In this document: positions 11,908 through 27,854 of the stretch, one piece after another
Layout of the letters: the number at the start of each line of letters is the position of its first letter
How positions within the stretch are numbered: the first letter of the stretch is position 1
Source of the DNA: Monocercomonoides exilis PA203
Lineage: Eukaryota; Protista; Preaxostyla
Assembly (NCBI GenBank): GCA_001643675.2
Contig: LSRY02000023.1
Coordinates: 868,001 to 932,000 of the forward strand
Direction of reading: 5' to 3'
Length of the DNA stretch: 64,000 nucleotides
Notes under the pieces: model-generated
Database searches by the model: none
Told to the model about the DNA's origin: nothing
Seen by the model: only the letters and a program-made list of their open reading frames with translations
Position numbers and translations under genes: made by a program

Positions 11908-12080
11908 AATTTTTTTAAAATAATGCTCATTTTGATTGATTTTGTACAATTCGTTCACAATTTCGAATAAGAAATTGTGTAACTACACAAATATCAAAGA
12001 CATGGTAAATAATAATGAGAATGGCTTTAAAAGAGATAGATCGTCAATTGCTTCAAATGAGGATAATATATTTGGCTATG

Positions 12081-12103
12081 AAAAAAAAAAAAAAAAAAAA
12101 AAA

Positions 12104-12141
<38 letters not shown>
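12081..12141. repeat. Poly(A) tract of about 60 nt with one T interruption
   Basis: Read directly from the sequence. Confidence 0.9.
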
Positions 12142-12145
<4 letters not shown>

Positions 12146-12391
12146 TTACATTTTTAAAGCAAGTTGTCTAAATATTGGTTTTTTATTCTGAAATAAGTAA
12201 TTATCAAAACATACTTTCCTCAAACAGCAATTTTATTTCATTAAACATTTATAATCCGTTATCAATTTTAACTTGGTTTCAAGAGGATCAAGATTTGTTG
12301 ATAAAAATAATTGTAACTCTCCTGTATATTATTTATTTTGAAAGATCAATTGTTCTTATTAATATTTTTCATTCAGAAATATTTTTTTGAA

Positions 12392-13189
12392 ATGACATCA
12401 TTGGGAATAAACCAAATTACTAACGATGTAGTACTTCGAACATTAGGCTTGAAAATAGATGATTTGGGCGTTATGGAAAAGAGACATCTTTCTTCTATTT
12501 TAAAGCAAGCTGGGATTGTTCTAAGGGCATTACTTCTTACGAAATCTACAGAAACTTATTTATCTCAGCTTACAAAAACTTTTGGAGCATCGGAACAGTT
12601 GGTATCAAACTCTCTATCCCAACTTCAAAAAAATGCTGGTTTGAAGTAAAAATTTTTTTCTCATAAATTGAATTCAATAAATTTCTTTACAGAATCTATG
12701 CCAACAGTTAATTTTATATCTCCTTACATTCCATCACAAGAAAAAGAGGAAAAAATGATTCGGAAAAGCACGTTTGAAAAGGATGGACAAATCAAAACAA
12801 AAGAAGATCTTGAAGCCTATCACCAAGCAGCAAAGCAACAATTTGATGAAGTTTGTTGCACATAGATTGACTTTATTTTGTCATATTTTCTATTTTAGAA
12901 AGAAAAAGATCAGCAGAAAAAAGAAAAGGAAAGAAAGAAAAAAGAAAGGCTTGCTAAAAAATTAGCAAAGAAGGAGAAAGGCAAAAAGAAGAAGAAAGAT
13001 GACAGCGATTCCGATTCTGACTCTGATTCCGACGATGATTCAGATGATGATTCAGATTCTGAGGAAGACTCAGATGATGATTCTGATTCAAATGATGACA
13101 GTGAATCAGATTCTGATGATGATGAATCAGATGGCGATTCAGGAGATGATTCAGATTCTGATTCAGATTCAGATTCAGAAAGCGATTAG
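12392..13189 (+). CDS. Hypothetical 3-exon protein with a Lys-rich segment and an Asp/Ser-rich acidic tail (possibly nuclear or nucleolar)
   Basis: Exons ~12392-12638, ~12692-12850 and ~12899-13189 joined by GTTTG...AG introns give MTSLGINQ...KQQFDE-KEKDQQKKK...DDSDSDSD...ESD*. An upstream exon is not excluded. Confidence 0.7.
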
Positions 13190-13374
13190 GATAAGATGTC
13201 GAACTTTTTTATTCAAAATTTTGTTTGATTGTACATTAATTTTATTTTTGTCTTTGATCGTTTTGCATAAATTCAACGATTGAAAAAAATGATCCCAACA
13301 TATTAAAATGTGAACTACAGCAAAATTTCATTTTTTTAGTTTTTTCAAAAAGTGAGCAAAAAATATTTAATTAG

Positions 13375-16965
<3,591 letters not shown>

Positions 16966-17183
16966 AAATTTTAATTCAACGTATTTTCAAGAATTCTCGA
17001 TAAAATTGCCTTTATCCATGTTTCGGATCAATAAAGTTAAATTCTAAAGAACACTTAATTGCACCTTGAAATTTATCCGCTTTCATATTTTTTTCCGCGG
17101 AAGGAAAACGCAAAATTATTTAGATCCAAACAATAAAATAAATAAATTGTGGGTGAATATTTTATACTTTTTCTTTCAACGAG

Positions 17184-18999
17184 ATGGGAAATCAGAATGT
17201 TTATCCTCAATATAAATATCCTTATGCGCCCAGACCGCAAATGAATTGGGAATCGTATGTCAGTCAGTGTTCTTGTAACTATGAATCCGAATTAAAGAGA
17301 CTGTTTGAAGAACGATACAAAGGGAAAATAATTCAATGGAAAGGTACAGTCATAGAAAGTTGTCCTGACCACTGCTTAATTGCAATGAACCCAAGCGATT
17401 CCCGATTTTCAAATTCGGAAATCACACTAAAATTTAACACTGGAACTAGAGTTACATATCATCACATTTTCAATGGTCAAACTTTAGAATTTAGGGGAGA
17501 GCTGCAGTCAGTAGGTAGATTTCTAAATCATACAATACATGCGCTTCCAATTGATTCCTTGACAGTCCCTGACCTGAATTTCACATATACGGATTTCTTA
17601 TATCTCTTTGGTTGGCAAGCACAAAAACTATCTAAATATTATTTCAAAAAGTACTGGAAAGGAAAGGTTATAACGTTTCGTGCTATTCTGCAGTCGCCAC
17701 TTGTATTTCCAAAAAAAGGAGGTCGAAATCTTGAAATTCACGTTACTCCCCTAACATCTCATGGCGCAAAAATTCGCGAAGACGTTGTTCTTTTAGTTCC
17801 AACAAATAATTTTAATTTAACCCGTTCATTTCGTGGTGTTGTTATTGGATCAGAAATCACTGTAACTGCAACATTTGTTAAGAGAGGAGATCCTCACCGT
17901 TTGCAAGTTAATGAAATTGTCTCTCTTCCTAAATATAAAAGGCATATACCTGATATGTGGGATGTTAGGTATTTATTCGAAAATGCATTTAGTGGATTCA
18001 CAAATACGTTTGCATCAATTACTGAATTCATTTCGCAATTTGTTATGGGAACTTGTTCCTCAATTTTTCACTCAAGATATCCGCAGCAGAAGCATTCAAG
18101 TCATAAAGGGAAAATAATTAGAGAAGAAGAAGAGGAAGAAGAAAGTAAAACCTCAAAGTCTCATATACCCTCTTCGTCAAATTCATCATCAACTCGTCGT
18201 TCCATTCTTCCTCCACCATTTACAGATCCTTATCTCTCTTCAATATCTTCTTCTTCTTCTTCTTCTTCTTCTTCTTCTTCAAAATCGTTGTACGAGCACG
18301 AGTCAGGACCTTCTCCATTTCCGAGACCATTTGACGTTCCACCTTCTTCTTCGCCTTCATATTTATCTTCTCAAGCATCAATGAATCCGACACAACGAAT
18401 AAACCCAGCAAGATCTTCGCCATTTCTCAATCCTTCAGCTCCTCTTATCATTGAGCCTCCCGTTAAGCTCCAAGGAATGACTGAAAGTGAACCTCCAATT
18501 GCACTTCCACCACAGATTGAAAATACCTCAGCAAGTCCTCTTCAAATATATCCCCAGCAGAACTCGTCAAATAGAACATCAACATCATCTAGCACCTCTT
18601 CTGGATATTGCCCTCAAGTCAAAACAGATGAAGATAATCATATATCGCATATGATTTGTCCAATTAGCCATGAGGTTTGTGAATTTTGAATTTAATAAAA
18701 ATTTAGAGAAAAAAAATTTCATTTTTTTAAATGAATGTTTTATATTTCCAACAGCTAATGACAGATGCTGTAGTTGCATCTGACGGATATTGTTATCAGA
18801 GGTCTGCAATTGAAGGTGTGATTCAAAATACAGGAAAAAGTCCCATCACTGGTGAGATCTTATCACCAAATCTTCATCCAAACAAATATATAAAAGAGCA
18901 AGTTCAAAGTTTGCCTTTTTTTTATTTCAATAAACATTAAAGTCAATAATTGATTTAGAGTACCTTTCTTCTCTTGAAAAGAATATTGATCTCAGCTGA
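17184..18999 (+). CDS. U-box domain protein (putative E3 ubiquitin ligase) with two N-terminal OB-fold-like repeats and a Ser/Pro-rich linker
   Basis: Spliced C-terminus MICPISHE|LMTDAVVASDGYCYQRSAIE...SPITGEILSPNLHPNKYIKEQVQ|KYLSS is a typical U-box. Introns ~18675-18753 and ~18909-18958. N-terminal repeats RYKGKIIQWKGTV and YWKGKVITFRAIL. Confidence 0.85.
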
Positions 19000-19108
19000 T
19001 ATTCATTCCAAGTGATTTAAGTTTTCTCGCGTTGTTGTATATTTTAATGATTTTTTTGAATTGATTTATTGATTGATTTTTAAGAATTACTTTTATAATT
19101 GTTTTTTG

Positions 19109-20506
19109 ATGATCATTTCCAACATTGACATTTATCATTTTTTGTTATGTCTTTCATCAACCTTACTGTGAAACAAATAGACGCTCGTCAATTGTCTATT
19201 CCAGAATCAGGTTCTTAAAATATATAAAAATATTATCGTTAATTTTTCTTTTGTATTTGAAGTTTCTGACAAGTTATTGTTTTCTATTTCTATTGGATCT
19301 AACACTGTTCATTCTTCGACTCAAGGAACATCAAAAATATACAAATTCCCTCCAACAGCAAATTTTGGATTGCTTCCAGATTCGACAGGTTCAATTGAAA
19401 TTGAACTTTTTAATGCAAAAAAGAAACCGCATGTTTCACTCGGCTCTCTTTCTCTGGACGCAAGTATTTTGAGTGAAAAACAGGAAATATCCCAACTTGA
19501 AATACCTGGACTCCTTGGAACATTTAATATTGTATTTCTGCTTGGCCACGTGTGTATTGTCTTTGTAAAAATCTTTTTAAAAAGGAATATTAAATTCAGG
19601 AGCTTCAACCAAACTCAATTATGAAAAGTGAACGCCTTGATGTTTGGAGTGGAGTTGTTGTAAAATCTTTCACTCCAACTTGGGTGATTTTAGGTGCAGC
19701 GAATTTGCTTTGCTTTAAAGATGAAACAGTTGTTGCGCAAGAAAAAATGATTGAGCTTAAAGGGATAACACTTCAGCGCGAACCAGAAGAAAAATTCAAA
19801 AAGCAGAATGTTTTATCACTTTTGCCTCCGCAACCTTCGGGAGGAGCGTCTGAAAAAGAATCACAAAAGGGAATTGCATCATTTTTTGGCAAAAATTCAG
19901 GGTACTTATTCTTTTTTCGTGAGCTTTTATTTTAAATCTTGTATTTCTATTTCTTTTTTAATTTTTTTTTATATTTACACTTTTTCTTTTTGAACCTTTT
20001 CTTTTATCTATTTCAAATTCTGTTAATTTGTGACTTTTTTATCAGCCCTGAACCAATTCACATTCGCTTTGAGACAGAATCAAAAATGAATGAATGGATG
20101 GACGCGATACAGAAGATTCAAAAAAGGTTAGCTTCTTTTTTTTTATAATAAAGTCCTGCATTGAAATGCCCTTTTTGAACAATATTTTATGAACTATTTT
20201 CATTATAAATTTTTAAAAATATGATTGACTATCAATTGGTTGTACTTTTCCACTTTTCGCATAAGCCAATATGAAGTCGTTCTTTGCGGATCCGGTCCTT
20301 CGCTTGCTGCTGAAAAGGTAACTGACACAAATACAACCACATCATCTGCAACGCCTTCAAATGAAACAGAGGAGGAAGCGTCTTCATCCACATCATCTTC
20401 TTCGGTGCCATCATCGTCAACGCCTCCCCCTCCTCCATTTGAGCCTGAAGGCGTCAAAGAAGCAGGCTCCAAAGACGCTCAAGAAAACCTTTCTGAATGT
20501 CAATAA
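19109..20506 (+). CDS. Multi-exon protein with a C2-like domain and a PH domain
   Basis: IEIELFNAKK...SLGSLSL is C2-like; TWVILGAANLLCFKDE...IELKG...IRFETESKMNEWMDAIQK has the PH terminal helix with conserved W. Several short GT-AG introns. Start codon uncertain. Confidence 0.7.
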
Positions 20507-21040
20507 CGTATTTCTTCATTTAAAAAATGATGGAAATTAGCTTTTATTCAAAAGCATAGAAATATATTTTAGAATTCTAATTGGAATTTCATATGGCCTA
20601 CTAATGTTTCTAAAAAATAATTTTGTAGATCGATTTGTCAAACTGGCAAGAATTAGAAAACGATGACTTTTCATCAAAGCGTATTTTTTGTATGATTATT
20701 TATCTATCTTTCTTTTTTGGATGACTCTTTATGGAAATCTTTTTTGATACATATTAATTGCTGTTTATGATGTTATTACAACATTTTTAATAAGTTTTTT
20801 TCACATCATTATAATTATATTTTCAAGTATCCCAAACATTGCTTTAAATCGAGTATTTTATAAACATTTTTATTAAAAGTTTATATTGCTTCTTAAAAAG
20901 GAAAACTGAAAGAGAAAATTCAAATGCATTGACACTCAACCAATTTCCATTTGTGAAGTGGTAAAGATACTCCCACATTGTTATTTCACCCTCATCAATA
21001 CACAAAAGATTATTCAAATGAGCATTTTTGCAATTGAATT

Positions 21041-21282
21041 TGTCAAAATTTTTTTGAAAAGTTCCATTTGTTTAATTTTCAAATAAAGAAAAAATTTTAT
21101 ATTTCGATCAAATTTCTGTTCCCACTCACCAAATTTTGCTGTCATGAAAACACAATCTTGACAATGTTTGCTCTTCCCTTTTTGTGAAGTTTCGTAAGTG
21201 GGAACAGATAATTGATCGAAATATGAAATTTTTATTTTCTTTGAAAAATAAACAAATGGAACTTTTCAAAAAAATTTTGACA
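21041..21282. mobile_element. MITE-like hairpin element, 242 bp, with ~89-bp inverted arms (21041-21129 / 21194-21282)
   Basis: tgtcaaaatttttttgaaaagttccatttgttta...ctgttcccactcac versus gtaagtgggaacag...taaacaaatggaacttttcaaaaaaattttgaca; non-coding. Confidence 0.75.
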
Positions 21283-21699
21283 TATATAATTTTTGCAATC
21301 GAAATGACAATATACTACAACGACAATTTTTGAAATTTGAAATTTACAAATATACCAAATAAACATTTTGTGTTATAAATTTATCAAGACCTTTTTTTTG
21401 TTTGTTTAATAAGTGTCTTTTCTCACAATTTCAAATTTTTTAAGAATTTTTTGTAAATATTTGTATTTAAAAGATAAAAATAAATACATTTTGAATCAAA
21501 CCCAATTTCGCATAGGGGGAGATGGAGGGGTTAAGCGCCTTCATTGAACTTCTGTGTGGAATTGGAGGGTTGCATGGGGCATTAAACCTTCAGTTTGACA
21601 AATAATGTTATTATTTTATTCATTTCATCTCAATTAAAAAAAAAAAAGAATTATAATGATCATGAAAATATGAAAAATGAAAATATCAACAGAAACAAA

Positions 21700-23266
21700 A
21701 TATAAAGAAGGACAGAAAAAATGACAGAGAGTAATGTTATCGACAAAGTTCAAAAGATTTCACTTTTGGTTGGGGCGAAAAGCTCACATCATTGTGGAAG
21801 GAGTTGTGCGAATGAATGATGCTGTTTTTATTTAAGAATTTAGCCTAACCGGCATGAAAAATGCAGTTTGAGCTCTCATAAATGGAAAGCTGGTTGGACA
21901 AGTTGGAAGACCTGCTGCAGTTGTCGGAGAAAAGGAACAAAGAGTTTTGTGCATTATTCACATTGAGGCGAAGTCTGGAACATGAATAACATTAAAAAAA
22001 ACAAGGAATTGGTAAGTCTAATTTTTATTAATATGTTTTATTCTGTTATTTGAAGGATGGAAAATGTTATAAACGACAACGATGACAACGATGCTCCATT
22101 TCCAGAAGCTTTAATGTTTGAGGCACATGGCCTTGTCAAGCGTCATCAAGCTGAAGACTGGAACGTCAAAGAATTTGGACATTAACCGACTGACTGTTTC
22201 GCGCAAAAGTGTTTTTAAACCCTGGTATAAAACACTCGACGAGCTCTATGATAGATATTATTGCAATCCAGCTTTTACAATTAACATCGACGAATCTTCA
22301 ACTCGAGTGCCTACAGATTCAAAACAGCTTGTTGTGCAATCTGCAGATACGAAAGCAGATTTCACGAAAGAACCACCAAGAATGATTAATTCTCCATTCG
22401 TGACAGCTGTTGAAGCGGACGGATATGCCTTTCCTTCTGTCATTTTGTGGCCAAGTGAACACCTGCCACATAAGCTGAAAAGCATGTTTTCTCCAACGCT
22501 TGAGATATGGGTAAATGGAAGCGGCTGGATGGAAAATGAGTGCTTTAAAAGATGAACTCTCACAATTCTTCTTCCTTCCATCATCGAAAAAAGAAAGCGC
22601 ACATCACTTGAAAACGAACATATTCTTCTCCTTCTTGATTCGCATGCATATCGATCACATTCATCGATCTTACGAGAATTCCAAAAACAACAAGTCGACG
22701 TTTTAACCTTCATGCCACACAGCACACACCTTTGTCAACCGCTGGATAGAGGAGTGTTTACTGTGTTCAAATCTGAATTGACAAACAGATTTAAAGTTCC
22801 ATCTTCTTCATCATCTTCCTCCAAACGAACAGTTATTTCCGACGTTCTGCCTCAAGCCATCCATACAGCGTTATCACCTCCAGTTATTCAGAAGGCATTT
22901 GCTTGCAGTGGTGTTCAACACAATTCTTCTGGGCCAGTTCTTTTGAAACTGCACGAATCTTTGATTTGCCCTCTTCCATCCGAAAGAAATAGATTCAACT
23001 TTTATGGAAAAGTGATAACAGACGATATTCTTTTAGAGAAATGGGAAAATCATTTGAAAATGGATATTGAAAGGAAAAATGAAATGGATGAAAAGGAGAA
23101 AGATGAAGTGAAGATTGTTGTAGATAAAAAGAAAAAAATAAAAAGAAGATTTCTTCACGTGAAAAACGATTATTCTGAAGATGAAAAGAAAGATAATGCG
23201 AAAAATCGAGGTGAAGGAAAAAGGAAAGAAATCAGAAGAACTGATTCTGATTTTGTTTTCTTTTAA
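21700..23266 (+). pseudogene. pogo/Fot1-like DDD transposase (DDE_1 family, DD35D), inactivated
   Basis: GRP HTH-linker motif near 21905; INIDESS, GSGWM, LLLLDSH, MPHSTHLCQPLDRGVF with 35 residues between the last two Asp. In-frame TGA at 22553 (likely former Trp) splits ORFs 22118 and 22712, which share a frame. Probable intron 22012-22055. Confidence 0.88.
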
Positions 23267-23927
23267 TTATGTTGTTTTTTAAACTTTTTTCACTTTATTA
23301 TTTTGGGTCAGAATAAAGAAAAAAGTCAAGATACAATAATAACCCTATTTTCAAGCTGTCATCCGTGTTTTTTTAAATAAAACATTTTTTGACCTTCAAA
23401 CGTATTTCTAATTTTCAAAGTCATGACGAATATGTTAAATAGGATCATATTTTTAATAAAAATACTGCATTCATTCAAAGAACTTTTAATTTCGAAAATA
23501 ATGGAATGTGAATGAAAATGTGGAACACATATTAATTTGAATTATTGGCTCTAATAAATATTTGAAATAAAAAATTTAATTATTCGTCTGAAATATATTT
23601 GAATGAAAAAGAAAAGAAAAGAAATAAAAAAAAGTTTTGTCAATAATTGAAAAAACATTTATGAAAGAGGAAACCCCTGCCGGGGAGAAAATACTGGCCA
23701 TTGATCAGAATAAAAAAAGAATATTATTTCTCGATTTATTTTTAAAAAGACTTCCTCGTTAATGTGAAATAAAAAAAATGGATTAAACATATCGAAAATT
23801 ATTTGTAATAATAAATAACGAAAGTTTTGAATGATTGTCAACAGGAAATGAAAGAAATAATTGAAAACTCAATAACAAAACAAAAAAGATAACGTTAAGC
23901 AAAAATGGAAGAATCAGAATTAGAAGT

Positions 23928-25239
23928 CTAATAAATCCCAACGAAATTACTTCCTATAGGTGCTTTTGTTGGACTCACAGAGTTCTCTGCCCAAAATGGA
24001 GAATTTTCCTTTAAATGCTTGAGAACAAGTGATTCATCTAAAGGCCAGAGACCAGTGACTTTCCACGATACGATGATTGTGCTGGGATCACTGGACGCTA
24101 CCCACCAATTTCGAGTCTTGATACGATAACTTCTCTTTTTTGTGAGGCTGTCTTTGTCTGTCAACTTTCTGTTGCTCTGACAATCACTCTTTTCATATTG
24201 GCGAAATTTTTCTGATGATTCTGTAGAATGATATGTGAAGTGTGAGGTGGCAGTTTAATTGAATCCACAAGATAATCTTTTCAGTCATTTCATTTCTTCC
24301 GTGAAATTTTTAACACCTCCGTCAACTTTCAACGCTGTATGCCTGTTTCCCTTTCTTCTGGCTATCTTTTTTTATTCATTTCTGGAAGAAAACAGCTTTG
24401 GTGCAATTCAGAGAACAACGATGATGTGATATGTTCTGTTGTCGAAATGGAAATAACTTCAAGTGATGTTGTAGCCAACTTGCACTCATCTGGCAAAGTT
24501 TTTTAGGGAATCACAAATGGAGTTAAATATCTGCAGATATCTGCGCTGAACATAAATGTGATTGATGTTGCAGATGAAAGAGATGTTTCTTGTGTTATTT
24601 CTGAAGGTGAGGATGAAGATGAAGCGACTTAATCTATTTATCTTTAATGAAAAATGGTTGAGATTTCATCGATATGTAACAACAATTGAGGAATCTGTTT
24701 TTCCTCGTTGAGATACGATTCGAATTTTTCAAAAAAATATGTTTAAACTTTTCTGCAAGAATGAGAGACCCTTCTGATTGGAAGAGCTTTTGGCTTAGCA
24801 AACACAATTTCTGGATGTCTTTCTAAAAACCGTTCCGTCCAGTGCTTGTCCGCTGATTTGCATTCTTCACCTTCCTTCATTTTGTTTTGCCACATTTCAT
24901 TTGCCTGTAAATAGAAAAAAATGAAATAAAATATATAAGCACATCCACAACAAACCGTTTGAGTTGTGAATTTTTTTGCAGGATATTTACCAATTTTTAT
25001 TTCGTCAAGAAACAACTGTTTCATTTCTAACTCCTCAGCTTCATCAAATAATGTGGGCCTACCACATTTCCCAATGCTTCTGCGATTGTCCCTTGCTTTG
25101 ATCGCTCGCTGTTGTGAAGATCTTTTTAACAAGCCGCTTTCATCAATTTGTCTTTCAGAATACTCAAGAATATCGTGAACGTTAAAGGCTTTAATGTGTG
25201 GATCTCCCAGTGATCTTATATCACTCGTTGCGTTGACAT
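23928..25239 (-). pseudogene. Second, more decayed pogo-like transposase (CENP-B-type HTH plus DDE remnants)
   Basis: GRPTLFDEAEELEM...WTERFLERHPEI (HTH), then remnants LHIDEIS, KLPPHTSH and SWKVTGLWPLD among many stops and frameshifts. 51-nt GT-AG intron at 24905-24955. Confidence 0.78.
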
Positions 25240-25260
25240 GCGTTAAGGAGGGTTTTTAAA

Positions 25261-25570
<310 letters not shown>

Positions 25571-26039
25571 TTTTATCGAAAATGGCCCGGAATTCCTCCC
25601 CGACTAACTTTCAAACACATAAAATCAAAGCTGCCAAGAAATATGACAAAGTCAATGATCAAAAGAAAGAAAGAAAGAAAAATGTAGACGAAGAAGAAAA
25701 TAACGATGTTGAAGATCATTGATCTTTTCAAATACATATTTATTTGTGATTATTATTTTAAATTATAACTTTTTTCGGGATGTTGATTTTTCAAAGGCCT
25801 TTAATCTTTGGAGATGAATTATTCATTTAATTGGAAAAAAAAATGACAATTGTTCGAAACGACATTTTTTGAGATTGTATTCATGAAAAAAAAATTTCGA
25901 AATATTAATATCTTTTCTGTGTTCATTTTTTATTATTATAAGTGGATTCTTTCCAAACTTTTTGAAACAGATATTATGGATTATAAAATAATAACACCTA
26001 TATATATATATAATATATTTAAAATAGGGCAATAATTAT

Positions 26040-27030
26040 ATCTTGACATTTTATCTTTATCAAGACCTTTTTCTTTTTTGCAACACTTTTAGCTTCACAC
26101 AAGCCTGCGATAAAAAAAATAAAACCAGAAATGTTTGAAATGTTTTAATTTCCTTATTTTGTTTTTTTTTTCCCAATATTTTTTGTTTTTCAAAAAGATC
26201 GAGGATTATAATAATTTTATGTCTTGATCATTGGTTTTCTGCTTTTCCAACGAATATTTTTTATCGGAAGTTTTAAGCTTTCATATCGAAATACATCATT
26301 TTATTTTTATATGATTAAGTTGTTTTAAACTTTCTCATCTTGTTTTTTAAACACTTTTTCTCATTTCACACATTTTTTCAAAAAACACAATTTCAGAGAC
26401 ACGCATCCATTTGTTTAAAAATCTATTGAAATGATAAATAAACAATATTAAAATAAAACGATTCTCGTATGTTGAAATAAATATTTGTTCGGATATGTTT
26501 AATAATTTGAACGACAAAAAATCATATACACTTGCTTTTCAGTTAAAATTCTTGAAAATTTCCTTTTCATATCAATGCTTAATGCAAATTAACGATAAAT
26601 AAGACTTTATATATTTTTTTAAATTAAAATATAATTTGACACAAACACTTTGTTTATACAAAAATCGTGTTTTGAGCAAAAACAGTGAAATGAGAAAAAA
26701 AGGTCAAAAATTAAATTGAAAATGTTGAAAACAAGTTAAAATAACAATATAGGAATGTGGAATACTGATGTTGTGACTTTAAACGTTCAGTATGAAATAT
26801 TTACATCACGGACAGCAAGTCTTTGATCCGGGTCCTAAAATAATATAAATTTCTAATTTTTTATTGTCCATTAAAATTTCAAAAATTTTTTCAACGGAAT
26901 TCTGAAAAACATAAATATCAAGAAGTCTATTTATTTTGTTTTTGTTTTTAGCCTTTTCACAAATCAAAAAAGCAAAAATAAGTTTCAAAAAAATAGGGTT
27001 GAGATAAAATTTTGAGGTCAAGATAAAATC
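26040..27030. repeat. Highly degenerate foldback element, possibly related to the inner part of the 10386-11907 palindrome
   Basis: Inverted patches (ttttctcatttcac ~26356 / gtgaaatgagaaaa ~26685; tatcttgac ~26039 / gtcaagata ~27017) and a 15-mer agcaagtctttgatc shared between ~26814 and ~11426. Confidence 0.35.
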
Positions 27031-27854
27031 TGCACCCTTCTCTAATAATGAAAAATTTCAATGGTTTCAATTCACTTAAAAATTTTTAAAAATGGTTCAC
27101 GATTAAAGACAAATCTATCTCAATTTTTAAAATCTGGTTCCTGTGAATTTCTATTCTTGTTGAATCTGTCATGGTGTTTCATCCCAAATAAATTATGAGC
27201 TTTTGAAAATGAAAGAATTGAAGAGTTGTTTAAAAAAAAGTTTAAAAAATTATTGTAATTACAAAAGAAGATGATTATAAAATATTCGAAAGCTTAACAA
27301 CAAAAAATAAAAAGTTATTATTTTCAAAAACTATATTAATAAAAAATTATTATAAAATGAAAGTCTTACCATCCTAGAATTGCAATGACTACGAAAAAAA
27401 TGAAAAAATAGAATGGATAAAGACAATGATAAAGAAAAGCAGAAAGAAATAAGGGTAAAAAAAGTGGGAAAAGTTGGAATGATGGGGGAGGGAATAAGAG
27501 TTTAAAAAAATGAATAAATAAAGATGAACAATGATATAGAAAAATTGAATGTAAAGGAAACAGAAAAAAAGACAAAAAATGAAAATGTTCGAAAAAGAAG
27601 AAAGCAATTAATTTTTTTGGCTATCCTTTTTCACGTGATTCAACTCAAAAGCTATGTCACTCTTTAAAAGAGCAAAGCTGTTCAACCTTTGACGTGCATT
27701 ATCTTTATCAATTTCCCCTTTGGAAATAATAACTCACAGAAATTATGTTTCAATATTTGAAATCATGTCATTTCTCCATTTTCATTTTTTCTCTTTCTCA
27801 TATCAGTATCTTTCATTCCTTCTTTGTTATGTTTGATTGATCTTCCACTGTCCC

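Noticed and set aside
12081-12141. Poly(A) tail of a retrocopy or LINE
   Set aside because: No recognisable upstream element or TSD; may be a slippage tract or a low-quality consensus.
22553-22555. TGA as Trp or selenocysteine recoding in the transposase
   Set aside because: Host genes here end in TGA and use TGG for Trp, and the element has other lesions, so a simple nonsense mutation is more likely.
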